Below are positions 43,066 through 52,905 of a DNA stretch of 64,000 bases, in pieces. Within the stretch, counting starts at the first letter, position 1. Every line of letters begins with the position of its first letter. A model generated the notes under the pieces. It did no database searches. It was given only the letters and a program-made list of their open reading frames with translations, and was not told the origin of the DNA. Both the position numbers and the translations under genes were made by a program. The DNA lies in the NCBI GenBank assembly GCA_048128005.1, contig JBEUKZ010000066.1, positions 248,001 through 312,000 of the forward strand, in the 5' to 3' direction. Source of the stretch: Veleropilina oligotropha (taxonomy: Eukaryota).

Positions 43066-43258
43066 AGCAGCAGGGGGGGTGATTGTTCTTTTTAGAATGG
43101 GAAAATAAGGCTCCCAGCACCTGTTCAGAACCGAGCTGGTATTACTGTGGGGGACTAGGGAGTTAGGGTGGGGCCCAGGGGCCCGGGGGTGGGGGCTCCC
43201 AGCACCTGTTCAGAACCCAGGGTATATCGTGTATTACAAAAAGTTACCGTGTGTACAG
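43066..43258 (+). repeat. Left terminal inverted repeat
   Basis: Reverse complement of 58371-58563 with about 5 mismatches counted by eye. Confidence 0.95.
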
Positions 43259-43991
43259 CGGCGCTGTCTGAACTAGGGTAGCTTAGAATAGTAAATTAAA
43301 TTAAAACACCTACCTGTGGACATTTTGGCCAAAACTCATATCACTAATCCCCCTCCAGCAGGCCCGTAATCTATATATATCCTCCAGGAAGGCTCCCAGC
43401 ACTGCAGCCAAGGGCCTTCTAGATCAGTTTATTGCCACATCCCCATATATAACTTCTGACGATCTGTGTCACATTCTAGAGGCTGTATTTCCACGTACTC
43501 ATCCTAACTTGTTGACGATCTCTGATCATTCTAGAAGCTGTATTGCCACGTGACGAATGAGTCAGATATATATATAGAATACTGTAACCACGTAAACAAG
43601 GTTACAAGAATATTTTTTCTGTGCTAAACGGAAGTGCGGTTACAAGAATAATTTTTCTGGGTCAAAAAGTTTTAACTAAGTCAAATCTTTTTATATCTGG
43701 GTCGACTCGAGCAGCAGTCGTATGAAATTTCTGTTTGTGATTCGCCTAATAAGACACGTGACCATGCTGTGAAGGTATCCATGGGCACTGCTCGACTAGG
43801 CGAATCGCAAACGCACTGCGAGGTATTTCATTCATAAATCGGACAATGGATCGACCTGAAAAGTATGCGATTCGCCTAATCCAACAATATCTATTGATGT
43901 GAGGTATTTCATTCATAAATCGGCCTAATGGGCATTAATATAACACTAGCCTGAAAAATATTGGAAGGCAGGAGAATACCCAAGCAGCTTT

Positions 43992-44423
43992 TTATATAAA
44001 TATATAGTTACCCGATGTTAATGTGCAATTACAGGGTGAGTGATGTCCGATTTTTCTCCACACACCGAAGCAGCCAGACAGCATGGTGTAATACTCCCCA
44101 TTTTTACCAGGACATAGTGAGGGGGTCGAACACTGGACACATGTGACAGTATCTGGGGGTGTGGCAGGGCTACAGTTATTCTCTCCGATAATAAAGTAGT
44201 GGCACGAGGGTGGGGAGACATCAGGGGTGGGGTCTCTACCCGGGCGTAGTAGCAGGTTTCTTCGCAAGGGGTCAAATCGGGCATTATACCTGGGATGATT
44301 TCGGTACCTAGCCCACGTATGTTCCAGAATTAATGCAGTGTTGTGTGTCGACGTCTGGGTGGCGATACCCCCTAGCCAGCACACCGCGGCAATGCACAGT
44401 AGCATAGATTTCATGGATTTCAT
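43992..44423 (-). CDS. Putative secreted Cys-rich protein, 143 aa
   Basis: Signal-peptide-like N-terminus (MKSMKSMLLCIAAVCWLGGIAT); 8 Cys in the C-terminal half ending CNC. Confidence 0.6.
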   Translation of the reverse strand: MKSMKSMLLCIAAVCWLGGIATQTSTHNTALILEHTWARYRNHPRYNARFDPLRRNLLLRPGRDPTPDVSPPSCHYFIIGENNCSPATPPDTVTCVQCSTPSLCPGKNGEYYTMLSGCFGVWRKIGHHSPCNCTLTSGNYIFI

Positions 44424-44505
44424 GGTTGTCCAGATATCACTGTCGATTTCTAGCTTTAATACGGGGGAGGAGGGGGGTAGTCGTGGCTACGCTCAACCTG
44501 GATAG

Positions 44506-45141
44506 TTAGTCGCCAGCTCCGATTTTTTTCAGCAGCTCTGCGCGTCCCTCTAAACGACCACGCTCAATAAGCTCGCTCTGGGTCTGTGAAATCGCGGTGT
44601 GCGCCTTCCTACTCTTATCCCGAATTGATGCCTTCATGGCTTGGTATTTCTCCATCTCCCCTGTGACCAGTTGGAATTCATCATCAGACATCACCCCGTC
44701 CGCTAAGGCCTTTGAGACGTGGTCGGTTATGGTATTTAGCTTGGTTTCGGCCAGTACTCTGATTTCGTCGTGTTTCTTAGCCTTAACCCCGAGGCGTCGG
44801 CTAATGTATTTTCCACCCATACTGGCGAGCCCGCACCCTAATGCCGCTAATTCCAGCACTAGGACAACAGGTGCGGCAACGATCGTGGAAAGTAGACCAA
44901 TTCCAGCGCTACCCATACCAAGTGTGGCGACGACTAGTCCGTTATCTATCCCGTCAACGACGTTAACACCTCGTCGGTATTTTTTATATAGTGCAGCTCT
45001 TGTGTCCCTCTCTCGTTCTAACTGTCCCTGAAGCTCATTCACTTTTTGCAGTCGGAAAGACTGTGCCTCATGCAGTTCCGAAGGCACATCGCCACCAAGC
45101 TGTGGATACAGCGTTGGCGCTGAGGGCTTACTGTCCATCAT
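44506..45141 (-). CDS. Membrane/coiled-coil protein with N-terminal PSAP and LYPQL motifs, 211 aa
   Basis: KPSAPTLYPQL; long Gly-rich hydrophobic hairpin flanked by charged helices. Confidence 0.75.
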   Translation of the reverse strand: MMDSKPSAPTLYPQLGGDVPSELHEAQSFRLQKVNELQGQLERERDTRAALYKKYRRGVNVVDGIDNGLVVATLGMGSAGIGLLSTIVAAPVVLVLELAALGCGLASMGGKYISRRLGVKAKKHDEIRVLAETKLNTITDHVSKALADGVMSDDEFQLVTGEMEKYQAMKASIRDKSRKAHTAISQTQSELIERGRLEGRAELLKKIGAGD

Positions 45142-45491
45142 ACGTGGCTGTATTGTTCAGCCTGTTGATTTCCAATGTTTACCGTTACGTTCAAATACAT
45201 GGTCCCCACCCACGGGGCCTTGATGATGAAGGCGAGGGTCAACCTGTCCGAATTCAGGCCAAGGCTATTTATGGAACACGCTTTGGGGGCGCCCCCGGCG
45301 GGCTGGACCGGCGTCAGGTGGATCATTAGGAGGGCTGGGTTCAACCCAAACCGACCTCCAGCGTTTGGAATCGTGAACTCCCTCTTCGCCAGCCCCTTCT
45401 TGGGCGCTTCCCCACAATTAAGAACGAAGTGCCACCGGGTCGGGGAAGAGGGTTCATCTGCAAGCAGGGTCCCATAGATGCTGCTGCTCAT
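45138..45491 (-). CDS. Hypothetical protein, 117 aa
   Basis: Fills the gap exactly, with ATGA overlaps to both neighbours. Confidence 0.6.
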   Translation of the reverse strand: MSSSIYGTLLADEPSSPTRWHFVLNCGEAPKKGLAKREFTIPNAGGRFGLNPALLMIHLTPVQPAGGAPKACSINSLGLNSDRLTLAFIIKAPWVGTMYLNVTVNIGNQQAEQYSHV

Positions 45492-46225
45492 TGTATCGCA
45501 AGGACTGCGGTAATGGGCATGCCGTGATTGTCGATCGGGTTACTGTCTGCGTCTGTGACGTACACCTTCAACTCTGTGATAATCCCGGCCTGTAGTCGCC
45601 GGCCGGCGGGATAATTGTGGTAGTGGGCAGCCTCGCCGAATATCTGCGACGTGATAGGGACCACCGCGAGAATATTGCTAGGGGCGCCGTCCTTCACATT
45701 GTGTGTCGTACTGAGCTGCTCCAGGTGAACGTGCAGGGTCGCTGCAATGGCAAACCCGACAGGCTTGTTCCCGTCATAAGTCCCAGGGCGTAGCCACTCG
45801 GATCTCTCCGGAGGGGGAGGTGTATCGCCCCGTACTCCAATGGGTGAGTTCAGATTCCCCGATTTATCGAGAATGAACGAAGAAAGGTCTAAGCCGAGGA
45901 GCTTCCGTATATCGTCGCTTACCGCGAGTCGGGTCCCCTCTGGGACAACGATTCGGGCGAGCCCCGTATCATGGCTCACATCTAGTTGTATATTAACTAG
46001 CGACCTCTTCATTGTCTTGGCGAGGGAATCGAAGCTGTAGAAACCCGGTGCCACATCGACCGTGGTATCCGGGGTCTGGAAGAATGCTCCAGCGTGCACG
46101 TTATGCCAGCCGACCCAGTAGTCGAACGAGCGCAGGACGACGCATAGTTTGCCTTCCCGGTTATCAATCGGCTCCAGGAGGTGAACCGCGGTCCCCTCTT
46201 GAACACTCGTTAATGTGTGGAACAT
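45488..46225 (-). CDS. Probable minor capsid protein (penton, single jelly-roll)
   Basis: Pattern typical of Polinton/PLV pentons: LLEPI...VVLRS, VAPGFYS, LHVHLEQL...NILAVVP, ITELKVYVTD...IDNHG...VLAI; 245 aa. Confidence 0.72.
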   Translation of the reverse strand: MFHTLTSVQEGTAVHLLEPIDNREGKLCVVLRSFDYWVGWHNVHAGAFFQTPDTTVDVAPGFYSFDSLAKTMKRSLVNIQLDVSHDTGLARIVVPEGTRLAVSDDIRKLLGLDLSSFILDKSGNLNSPIGVRGDTPPPPERSEWLRPGTYDGNKPVGFAIAATLHVHLEQLSTTHNVKDGAPSNILAVVPITSQIFGEAAHYHNYPAGRRLQAGIITELKVYVTDADSNPIDNHGMPITAVLAIQ

Positions 46226-46229
46226 AGCT

Positions 46230-47507
46230 ATGGCTAAGAGCGCCTTTGCGTTTAATGGGAGTGCGGCCTATCCGACCGGTGTGGTGTACCCAGCAAAGAT
46301 CAAAGATGAGCAGCTTACGAGACCAAGCATAAATGTGGGTAATAGCTCCACCACTGCATTCGGGGCAGACTACCCCGACGTCTTTCAAAAATACCGCCTC
46401 CCTCACGTCGCGAGTGATCGAGTGATCCAGGCCTGGCACAGTACGCCGATGCGATTTTGGCAGAACAAGGTAAACTTCGCCGTCTGGTGTGCCACAACAG
46501 GTTCCGGGATCTCCTCAGAAGACCACTTGAATGCTACTGCAGCCCTCTCCACTGCTGTATTCACCTTCCACGTCTACTATCAGGTCAGAAGGATCTTGAC
46601 CGAAATTCAGGCGCCGCTGCCACAAGACGTGACGTGGGACGCCTTTGACACCCCGTATGACCGAAGGTCATATGAAACGATCTGCAGCGAGTTTGGCGTG
46701 TCCCCACATACCGACTGGCGTGTCAAGGGTCCCAACGGCGGACTAGGCACGGCTTACAGCTACTGGACGAACAATGGCTACCACTCCATAGGACGTGAGT
46801 ATGATCCAAGCCGAATGTCGTTCACCAAAGGGACTACCAACTCGAATTTGCATGTGGACTACATCGCGCAAGCGCCTAGCCTTTCAAACGGCTGGGCTTC
46901 GTTTATTCTGGACAAGTCAGCGGGATTTACCCGGGCCGGCGTGGAAAGGCTCAATGACTCCATCAGGACCTACGTCTGGGCGATTCTTGGAGCGCAGGCG
47001 CAGACACGTGCAGGCATTCTTGGTAGTGGGACGGCATTTGACGCACAGAAACAGTTCCTGGCGAACGTCGAGGATGCCATCGCATCCCCCGTTGACCTCC
47101 CAGCAGCAATCAAACGGTACCAGGACGTTTTGCAGTATGCGAGGTCCAAAGTGGACTTCGTATTCGGCGTTGGCCTGTACATGGCGCCAAGTGACATGCT
47201 TCTACGGATCGGGCAGGTGGCTGGTTATAACAACGAGATCGTCGTCGCCACGGAAAACCAGACCCTAGGTCTTAATATGACGGTCAACGCGGCCAGTGTG
47301 CCGCTCAACGCCGCACGGGGTACTGGAGAAACAGGATTTGTTATTCCACAAGACGCAGATACAAGCATACCGGTAGTCACTCTGAAGCATCCAAATGCTG
47401 AGCTGGCTGTAGCTGTTCCAGCGGTAGCTGTGGCACATGACGAGGAGAAAACCGCACTTATCGTGGGCGGCATCGTCGTTGGCCTAGCGTTCATCTGGCT
47501 TACGTGA
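46230..47507 (+). CDS. Unknown ~425-aa protein with C-terminal membrane anchor
   Basis: Long intact ORF from ATG 46230; ends TALIVGGIVVGLAFIWLT. Confidence 0.75.
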   Translation: MAKSAFAFNGSAAYPTGVVYPAKIKDEQLTRPSINVGNSSTTAFGADYPDVFQKYRLPHVASDRVIQAWHSTPMRFWQNKVNFAVWCATTGSGISSEDHLNATAALSTAVFTFHVYYQVRRILTEIQAPLPQDVTWDAFDTPYDRRSYETICSEFGVSPHTDWRVKGPNGGLGTAYSYWTNNGYHSIGREYDPSRMSFTKGTTNSNLHVDYIAQAPSLSNGWASFILDKSAGFTRAGVERLNDSIRTYVWAILGAQAQTRAGILGSGTAFDAQKQFLANVEDAIASPVDLPAAIKRYQDVLQYARSKVDFVFGVGLYMAPSDMLLRIGQVAGYNNEIVVATENQTLGLNMTVNAASVPLNAARGTGETGFVIPQDADTSIPVVTLKHPNAELAVAVPAVAVAHDEEKTALIVGGIVVGLAFIWLT

Positions 47508-48734
47508 CCCACTGTCTAGCGGCAATAAGAAGCAAGCCCCCGACAGATATAATCACAGCCCACAGATTCTCGGCGAGCCACGACGCAGTCTTGCCGACCA
47601 GGTTGATTAGCCAGGAGACAAGGCTTCCAAGTATTCCGGGGAGCGCGGCTGCGGCCTTCCCCGCTAGTTTGCCTAGAATCCTTCCCAGGTTCTGCAGCTG
47701 CTTTTTTACCCACTCCTTGACCCCGCCCTGACCACTGGGAGGTGATGGTGGTTGTGGTATGCTCGGCGCTCCGCCTGTCAGGGCTAGTACCAAAGTCGAG
47801 ATAGCCAACCCAATAGCGGTCAGTATGGTTGCGATCGTAACCCCTTGCTCTCGGAAGAGGGTCCGAATACGCTCGGCCAGCGTTGGGCCTCCCGGCTGGA
47901 TGAGGCTGCCTCTAGTCTGGCTTCTCGTTCATCCTGTAAGTTGCGCAGACGTTCCGCGATCCGTCGACGAATAAACTCATCCACACCGCCCTCTTCATCG
48001 GCCCGATCGAGCTTGCTCTTCTCCAGCTCTATGTGTTCGTCCAGCGCCGTTAGTTTGGCTAGATTATTCGTTAGCTCGCCTCGGATGGTCTGCATCGCCT
48101 TGTCAAGTCCGCGAAGCTCGCGGAGGTTTAATGGAGGGTCCCCCATCGTGCCTAAGATCTCGTCGATCTCAGCTTCTGTGAGGGTCGTCTCCATTGTCTG
48201 GATTGCTACTGATGCCTCAGTAGCGGTCTGCCCCAAGTCCTGCAGTTCTACGTTTTCGACGTTAGCGGCCGCACCGCTCAACTCGCTGTCTGCTGTCTGC
48301 AGAGCTGCAACCGCTTTTGAGGACAGCTTCTGTCCCCCTTTCCCCCGCTTCTCTGGCCGCGTCCATGCTTCGAATCCCAACCCCTTTCTGATCGCACTAC
48401 CCCCACCTCTCCGGTTAGCTAGTGTTGACAAAGCATTGGGTTTTTTCGATCTAGAATTGATGAGATCGATGTTTGGATATTTCTTCAGCCGCAATCCCTC
48501 CCCCTCGACGTACTCGAACTGGGAATAATCACGCCACGTAGGCAAGGTCTGCCCCTCCTCTGACAGGGCTTTGTAGTAGTCATCAACCGCGTCCTTCACG
48601 AACTCTTGCCGCTGACTGCTGGTTCCTTCCTGTGGCCGTTCCGAAAGAACAGGCTCAATCCAGTCCGTGGATCCAACCTCACCATCATCATCGATGATGT
48701 CGGGCTCGAATGTGGGGTTCTCAAATTCCGCCAT
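47500..48734 (-). pseudogene. Coiled-coil membrane protein, frameshifted near 47885
   Basis: MAEFENPTF..., long heptad-rich region to ...SREA. Continues in another frame as TLAERIRTLFREQGVTIATILTAIGLAISTLVLAL, then an amphipathic helix and a terminal hydrophobic segment. Confidence 0.7.
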
Positions 48735-48785
48735 TTGAATACTCAAGCTGGGATACGCATCTAAATTAGCCATAGCGACAACAAC

Positions 48786-50174
48786 ATGGCCAGCACGTAT
48801 GGACGCACGTTGAATCCATACCGCAGACTTCGAGAGCCCCTCGGGGTCAAGGGTATCCGGCAGTCGGTCACGATAACGAACAACCCATCCACTATTGCTG
48901 CGAACCAGCAGCTGTTGGTTCGGTTCCCTAATCTCGGGACTCACGACGTAATCGTGCCAGGGACGGCCCACCTCGCATTTACCATTTCTCTGACCTCGGC
49001 TAACCAGAACAGAACTGTAGTTCAGAATATCGGACGCGCCGTGATCAAAAAGACCACGATTAAGATTAGTGGGAACGAAGTCATGTCTATAGATGACTCC
49101 GACGTGTACCACTGCTACTGCGATCTCTGGAAGACCGCAGGGGAGCGCAAGAATGCCCAATATCAGGGTATTGATACCAGCGACAGCCACAACACTACGA
49201 AGAACCGTGTCGGCGCTGAGGGCGCATTCAGACGTTCTGAGGACACAGCTATATCGGACGCGTACGGCCCAAGGTTTCGCATCCCGCTGGACTTCGAGTT
49301 GCTGGAGAGCCACATGCCGTTCTACCAAAGTGCGTTGGGGGACCGTCTTGAGTACGAGCTTACGTTCAACGACTACTCCCGGACAATCAGGGACACCGAT
49401 GACCCCAGCTCCAGCTACGTCATCGACAATATCAGCCTGGAATACGACATGGTCACTAATCTTGAGCTTGCCAGATCGATAAAAAACCAATACTCGGGCC
49501 GCCTCGTGATCCTGTACGATCGTGTCCTGCGGCATCGTAAGATTACGAGAGACAAAAGCGACACTTTGTGGAATTTAAATTTGAATGTACCGGCGAAATC
49601 CATGAAGGGTATCCTACTGCTGTTTGAGGATCCCGCGAGAGACGCCGCACCATTCGCGAGGGACACCGAGGCCTTCTACAATCCGAAGATCACAAAGGTC
49701 GAGGTCACTATTGAGGGTGTGCCGAATCAACTGTACAGCCAGGGCATGCGTTCCTACCAGATGTGGGACGAAGCCAGGAGATTCTTCGCCTCCTCCCCAA
49801 GCAGCAAGCGCCATCCTGAGGTCGCGATGGTTGCCAAGGATTTGGAATTGGCGGACGTCACCCTGGGCGAGTTTCTGACGAAAAAGTTCGCACTCTGGAT
49901 CGACCTCAGAGTTACCGACGACGACGAGCTGCATGGGTCAGGCCGGAAAGTAGATAACGCCAGCGAGGGCATCACGATTCAGATCACGAAGACAGGCGAA
50001 GCCGCCGGCCCGTTGAACGTCTACATGTTCGTGATAATGGACGCGCAGCTGCATATTCAGGATGGCCGATTTGTCACCGCGCTATACTATAAGACAGTTC
50101 CCGCACCCCAAGGACCCCCACTCCGCAATCATCTGCGGCCAGACTGGCTGTGGGAAGACGGTTTTCATGCTTGA
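48786..50174 (+). CDS. Probable major capsid protein (double jelly-roll)
   Basis: About 435-460 aa, beta-rich, with the pattern LVRFP..DVIVPGT..LAF..NIGRAVIKK..IKISGNEV..ID, FRIPL, LEYELTF, YVIDNISLEYDMV. Adjacent to the packaging ATPase. The natural end may be near 50090 (GRFVTALY). Confidence 0.78.
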   Translation: MASTYGRTLNPYRRLREPLGVKGIRQSVTITNNPSTIAANQQLLVRFPNLGTHDVIVPGTAHLAFTISLTSANQNRTVVQNIGRAVIKKTTIKISGNEVMSIDDSDVYHCYCDLWKTAGERKNAQYQGIDTSDSHNTTKNRVGAEGAFRRSEDTAISDAYGPRFRIPLDFELLESHMPFYQSALGDRLEYELTFNDYSRTIRDTDDPSSSYVIDNISLEYDMVTNLELARSIKNQYSGRLVILYDRVLRHRKITRDKSDTLWNLNLNVPAKSMKGILLLFEDPARDAAPFARDTEAFYNPKITKVEVTIEGVPNQLYSQGMRSYQMWDEARRFFASSPSSKRHPEVAMVAKDLELADVTLGEFLTKKFALWIDLRVTDDDELHGSGRKVDNASEGITIQITKTGEAAGPLNVYMFVIMDAQLHIQDGRFVTALYYKTVPAPQGPPLRNHLRPDWLWEDGFHA

Positions 50175-50697
50175 ACTTCTCGAGGGGGAGTACCTAGGAG
50201 TGTTCCGGCATATTGTGATCCTCTGCCCAACGATCAAGTACAATAAAACATACCAGTCCTGTCCATGGATCTGGACTGACCCTGAGGTGTACATAATCCC
50301 CCCTGGTGAGCGACTCCATGACTGGTTGCGGGGATTCTACCGGCTGTTTCAGGGGGAGTCGACTCTGTACATAATCGACGACTGCACCGCCAGCAAAGCT
50401 ATGGCAAAGAGAAGGGACATGCTGACTTTGTTGGCCTTCAGCGGAAGGCACGCCGAACAGAGCGTATGGGTAGTGACGCAAAAATACAACAGCGTCTTGA
50501 AGGAACTCAGAGAGCAGACCCGCTGGGTCGCGCTGTTCCATTGCAAGGACCGCGACAGTTTCGAGGACTGTCTGCGCGAGAACGATGTAATCCCGTCGCA
50601 GGATGAACGGACCGCGGTTCGCAGGCTGTTGGCCGAGACACGACACACTAAGCTTCTGTTGAAAACTGATCAGCCCGTTGCTTATAGTGTGCTGTAG
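50062..50697 (+). CDS. A32-like (FtsK/HerA) DNA packaging ATPase
   Basis: Walker A GQTGCGKT, Walker B YIIDD, signature SGRH...SVWVVTQ. Confidence 0.9.
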   Translation: MADLSPRYTIRQFPHPKDPHSAIICGQTGCGKTVFMLELLEGEYLGVFRHIVILCPTIKYNKTYQSCPWIWTDPEVYIIPPGERLHDWLRGFYRLFQGESTLYIIDDCTASKAMAKRRDMLTLLAFSGRHAEQSVWVVTQKYNSVLKELREQTRWVALFHCKDRDSFEDCLRENDVIPSQDERTAVRRLLAETRHTKLLLKTDQPVAYSVL

Positions 50698-50728
50698 CAA
50701 GCTGTAGTCTACTGAGCATCTACCCAGC

Positions 50729-51456
50729 ATGTCGGACGCGGTATACATAGCTTTTGCTTTCAGCCAGAGCCTGATCTTGCTCCTACTCGTAACGTTGTGG
50801 TATTGGCATTATCGCTATATTAGACTGGCGAGGAGATGTTGGAAACGCTTAAGGATGGACAGCCTTATCGATCAACTCATGGACGACGAGGAAGAAACGA
50901 CCGTGAGCAGCAGCTCACCCCGCTCGACGACCAAACGCTGCTCGCAGCACGAGGAACCTGAAACTGGTGTAGCAAAGAAACGGGAGAGGCTTGCAGCATT
51001 AGCCGTTGGAGGGGCCCACAGATACTTGGGGCGCAACCTCACGGTTGACCGAATCGACGATATGACTGACGACGAGGTTGAGAAACACCATGCACGGTAT
51101 GAAGCCAAGCTCGGTGCTGACATGACGAAGACCCTGGGGACTGCCGCTATACAGCTGTATGCGGGTGCAGCTGGGATGTTCCTGCCCATCCCACCAGCAA
51201 ACCAGCTACGACTGATCGCTGATCTCGAGGCCGACCCTTTCATCTCCATGCCCTGACCACTGCAAGCTGTGAGCTGTATTATAAATGGGGCATGTACCTC
51301 GCACCGCTGACCACGGCTAAGCACTGCAAATTTGGACATGTTTGCCCGCCTAAGATACCAGAGCGAGGGCGAGATCAAGATGACGGAAGTGGACCAAATG
51401 ATCGAGAGCCAGCCGATCGAGAGGGTGACTTCTTCAACGGACTCACTGATGAGTAA
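50729..51456 (+). pseudogene. Hypothetical protein with N-terminal hydrophobic segment, probable frameshift near 51246
   Basis: ORF 50729..51256 appears to continue in another frame as HALTTASCELYYKWGMYLAPLTTAKHC to TAA at 51454-51456. Confidence 0.55.
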
Positions 51457-51856
51457 AAAGGACCCGAAAAAAGTGGCTGCGGGTCGGGCCGGAGCTGCTG
51501 CGAGGAAGGTCAAGCAAGAGAGGCTACTGGCCGAGGTTCGAAAACTTAAGGAAGCCACCCGCACAGTTCCAGAACTACCGGAGGCACAGCCCCCAAAACA
51601 ACAAAAACACCGCGGGGCCGAGATGACCGCGGTCGAAAAGTCAGCTACACGGAAATCGGACCCAAAATTTAATTGGACCCAGGTAGCCGTTGCTGCCGGT
51701 ACGGTTGCGTTGCTATTTGTTGTCTGGAGACGCAACAATCCTGATCCATCCACACCACATCAACAGCCACCAGTCGCGGACGCTGCGCAGCCATCTGTCC
51801 CCACCCCAACCACCACCGAATTGAAGAATGAGCACAACCCGTTCCATATGCGATAG
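51380..51856 (+). CDS. Basic helical protein with one TM segment
   Basis: KKDPKKVAAGRAGAAARK; TM VAVAAGTVALLFVVW. Confidence 0.65.
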   Translation: MTEVDQMIESQPIERVTSSTDSLMSKKDPKKVAAGRAGAAARKVKQERLLAEVRKLKEATRTVPELPEAQPPKQQKHRGAEMTAVEKSATRKSDPKFNWTQVAVAAGTVALLFVVWRRNNPDPSTPHQQPPVADAAQPSVPTPTTTELKNEHNPFHMR

Positions 51857-51868
51857 TCTCAGTACAAC

Positions 51869-52108
51869 ATGACTACCCCGATTACTGACGGAAAGATGCT
51901 CGGCAACGCCGTCTATCACGCAGCTATCGTGTCCGGCCTCGCCATAGGCTACGCACGCCTGGTCAAGATGGTATTCAAGGGGGCGAGCCCCAAGCTGGAC
52001 TTCACAGGGTACGATGTCGGGATGGTCGTCCTCGACGTAGCGCTCGCCATGGCGACGAAAGATATGCTGATCAAGCAAGGCATCATTCCGGCCGACGTTT
52101 TGAAGTAG
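51869..52108 (+). CDS. Small hydrophobic protein, 79 aa
   Basis: ACAACATG start context; two hydrophobic stretches; tightly packed with neighbours. Confidence 0.65.
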   Translation: MTTPITDGKMLGNAVYHAAIVSGLAIGYARLVKMVFKGASPKLDFTGYDVGMVVLDVALAMATKDMLIKQGIIPADVLK

Positions 52109-52139
52109 TGTGACCCTGCTAGATAATCGCAGCATTTCA

Positions 52140-52571
52140 ATGGCTTCCATTGCGATGCTGGTTGGGGGCGCTCTCGTCAACGCCCTCGCCTTCAGCGGCT
52201 CCAACTTCCTCTTCTCGAAGCTACGCAGCTCCGGTGTTGATGCGGAGCGTAAACGTCACGACATAGCTGTAGAGCAGCTCAACGCCGCGCAGACTAAATG
52301 GTCCCACAAGAGGGCAGAGCGTCTCGACTGGCTGAACGTTGAACTTCGCCGCCAGGGTCACGCCGTTGGGACATTCCGGGATGTTGACGCCGCGATCCGT
52401 GAGTATGCAATAATCACCGGCAAGAACCTTGATCCCACCGCTATAGGAGGTGGCCCTGAGCCCCAGCTGTCCGACTACTACACGCCTAGTGATGACCAGA
52501 AGGGACGTGAGATCACCTTCATCATCCTCGGGATGGCTGCGACCGGGTTGGTAGCCTACAAGCTCGCCTAA
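52140..52571 (+). CDS. Membrane protein with hydrophobic N- and C-termini
   Basis: MASIAMLVGGALVNALAF...charged helix...ITFIILGMAATGLVAY. Confidence 0.7.
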   Translation: MASIAMLVGGALVNALAFSGSNFLFSKLRSSGVDAERKRHDIAVEQLNAAQTKWSHKRAERLDWLNVELRRQGHAVGTFRDVDAAIREYAIITGKNLDPTAIGGGPEPQLSDYYTPSDDQKGREITFIILGMAATGLVAYKLA

Positions 52572-52611
52572 TTATTTCTAGTGAACATTTTTTTCGTGGA
52601 CACGTATAGTA

Positions 52612-52905
52612 ATGGGGCTCCCAGAAGAGCTGTACTGCGCTATGCTTGCGGTCAGCGGGGTGGCGCATAGTACTACGTCACTCGACTGCTGGCGCCGCGA
52701 CGAAAAGACTATGGTGCGGTTCGCGGTCCTGGTGCTCTCCGGGGGCCCGACCAACCTTTGGGCGACCACTGCGCAGCGACCGGCTCCGGAAGCTGAAGCC
52801 TGTTGGAGACTGATCAGTTTACTGGAATACATTGCCAGTCTCGATGGCAGCGAAGACCGGCAAAAGAACTCGAGGGCGCGGAATGAACCGGAAGCTTGCG
52901 AATAG
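52612..52905 (+). CDS. Hypothetical protein, 97 aa
   Basis: Fills the gap before the integrase on the same strand; no motif recognised. Confidence 0.4.
   Translation: MGLPEELYCAMLAVSGVAHSTTSLDCWRRDEKTMVRFAVLVLSGGPTNLWATTAQRPAPEAEACWRLISLLEYIASLDGSEDRQKNSRARNEPEACE

Noticed and set aside
41885..43108. 407-aa alternative-frame ORF over the RT
   Set aside because: No motif recognised. It may be only an overlapping frame of the DIRS element, so it is not called as a gene.
48735..49535. N-terminal part of the 571-aa minus-strand ORF
   Set aside because: Antisense shadow of the capsid gene; the plausible protein starts at ATG 48734.
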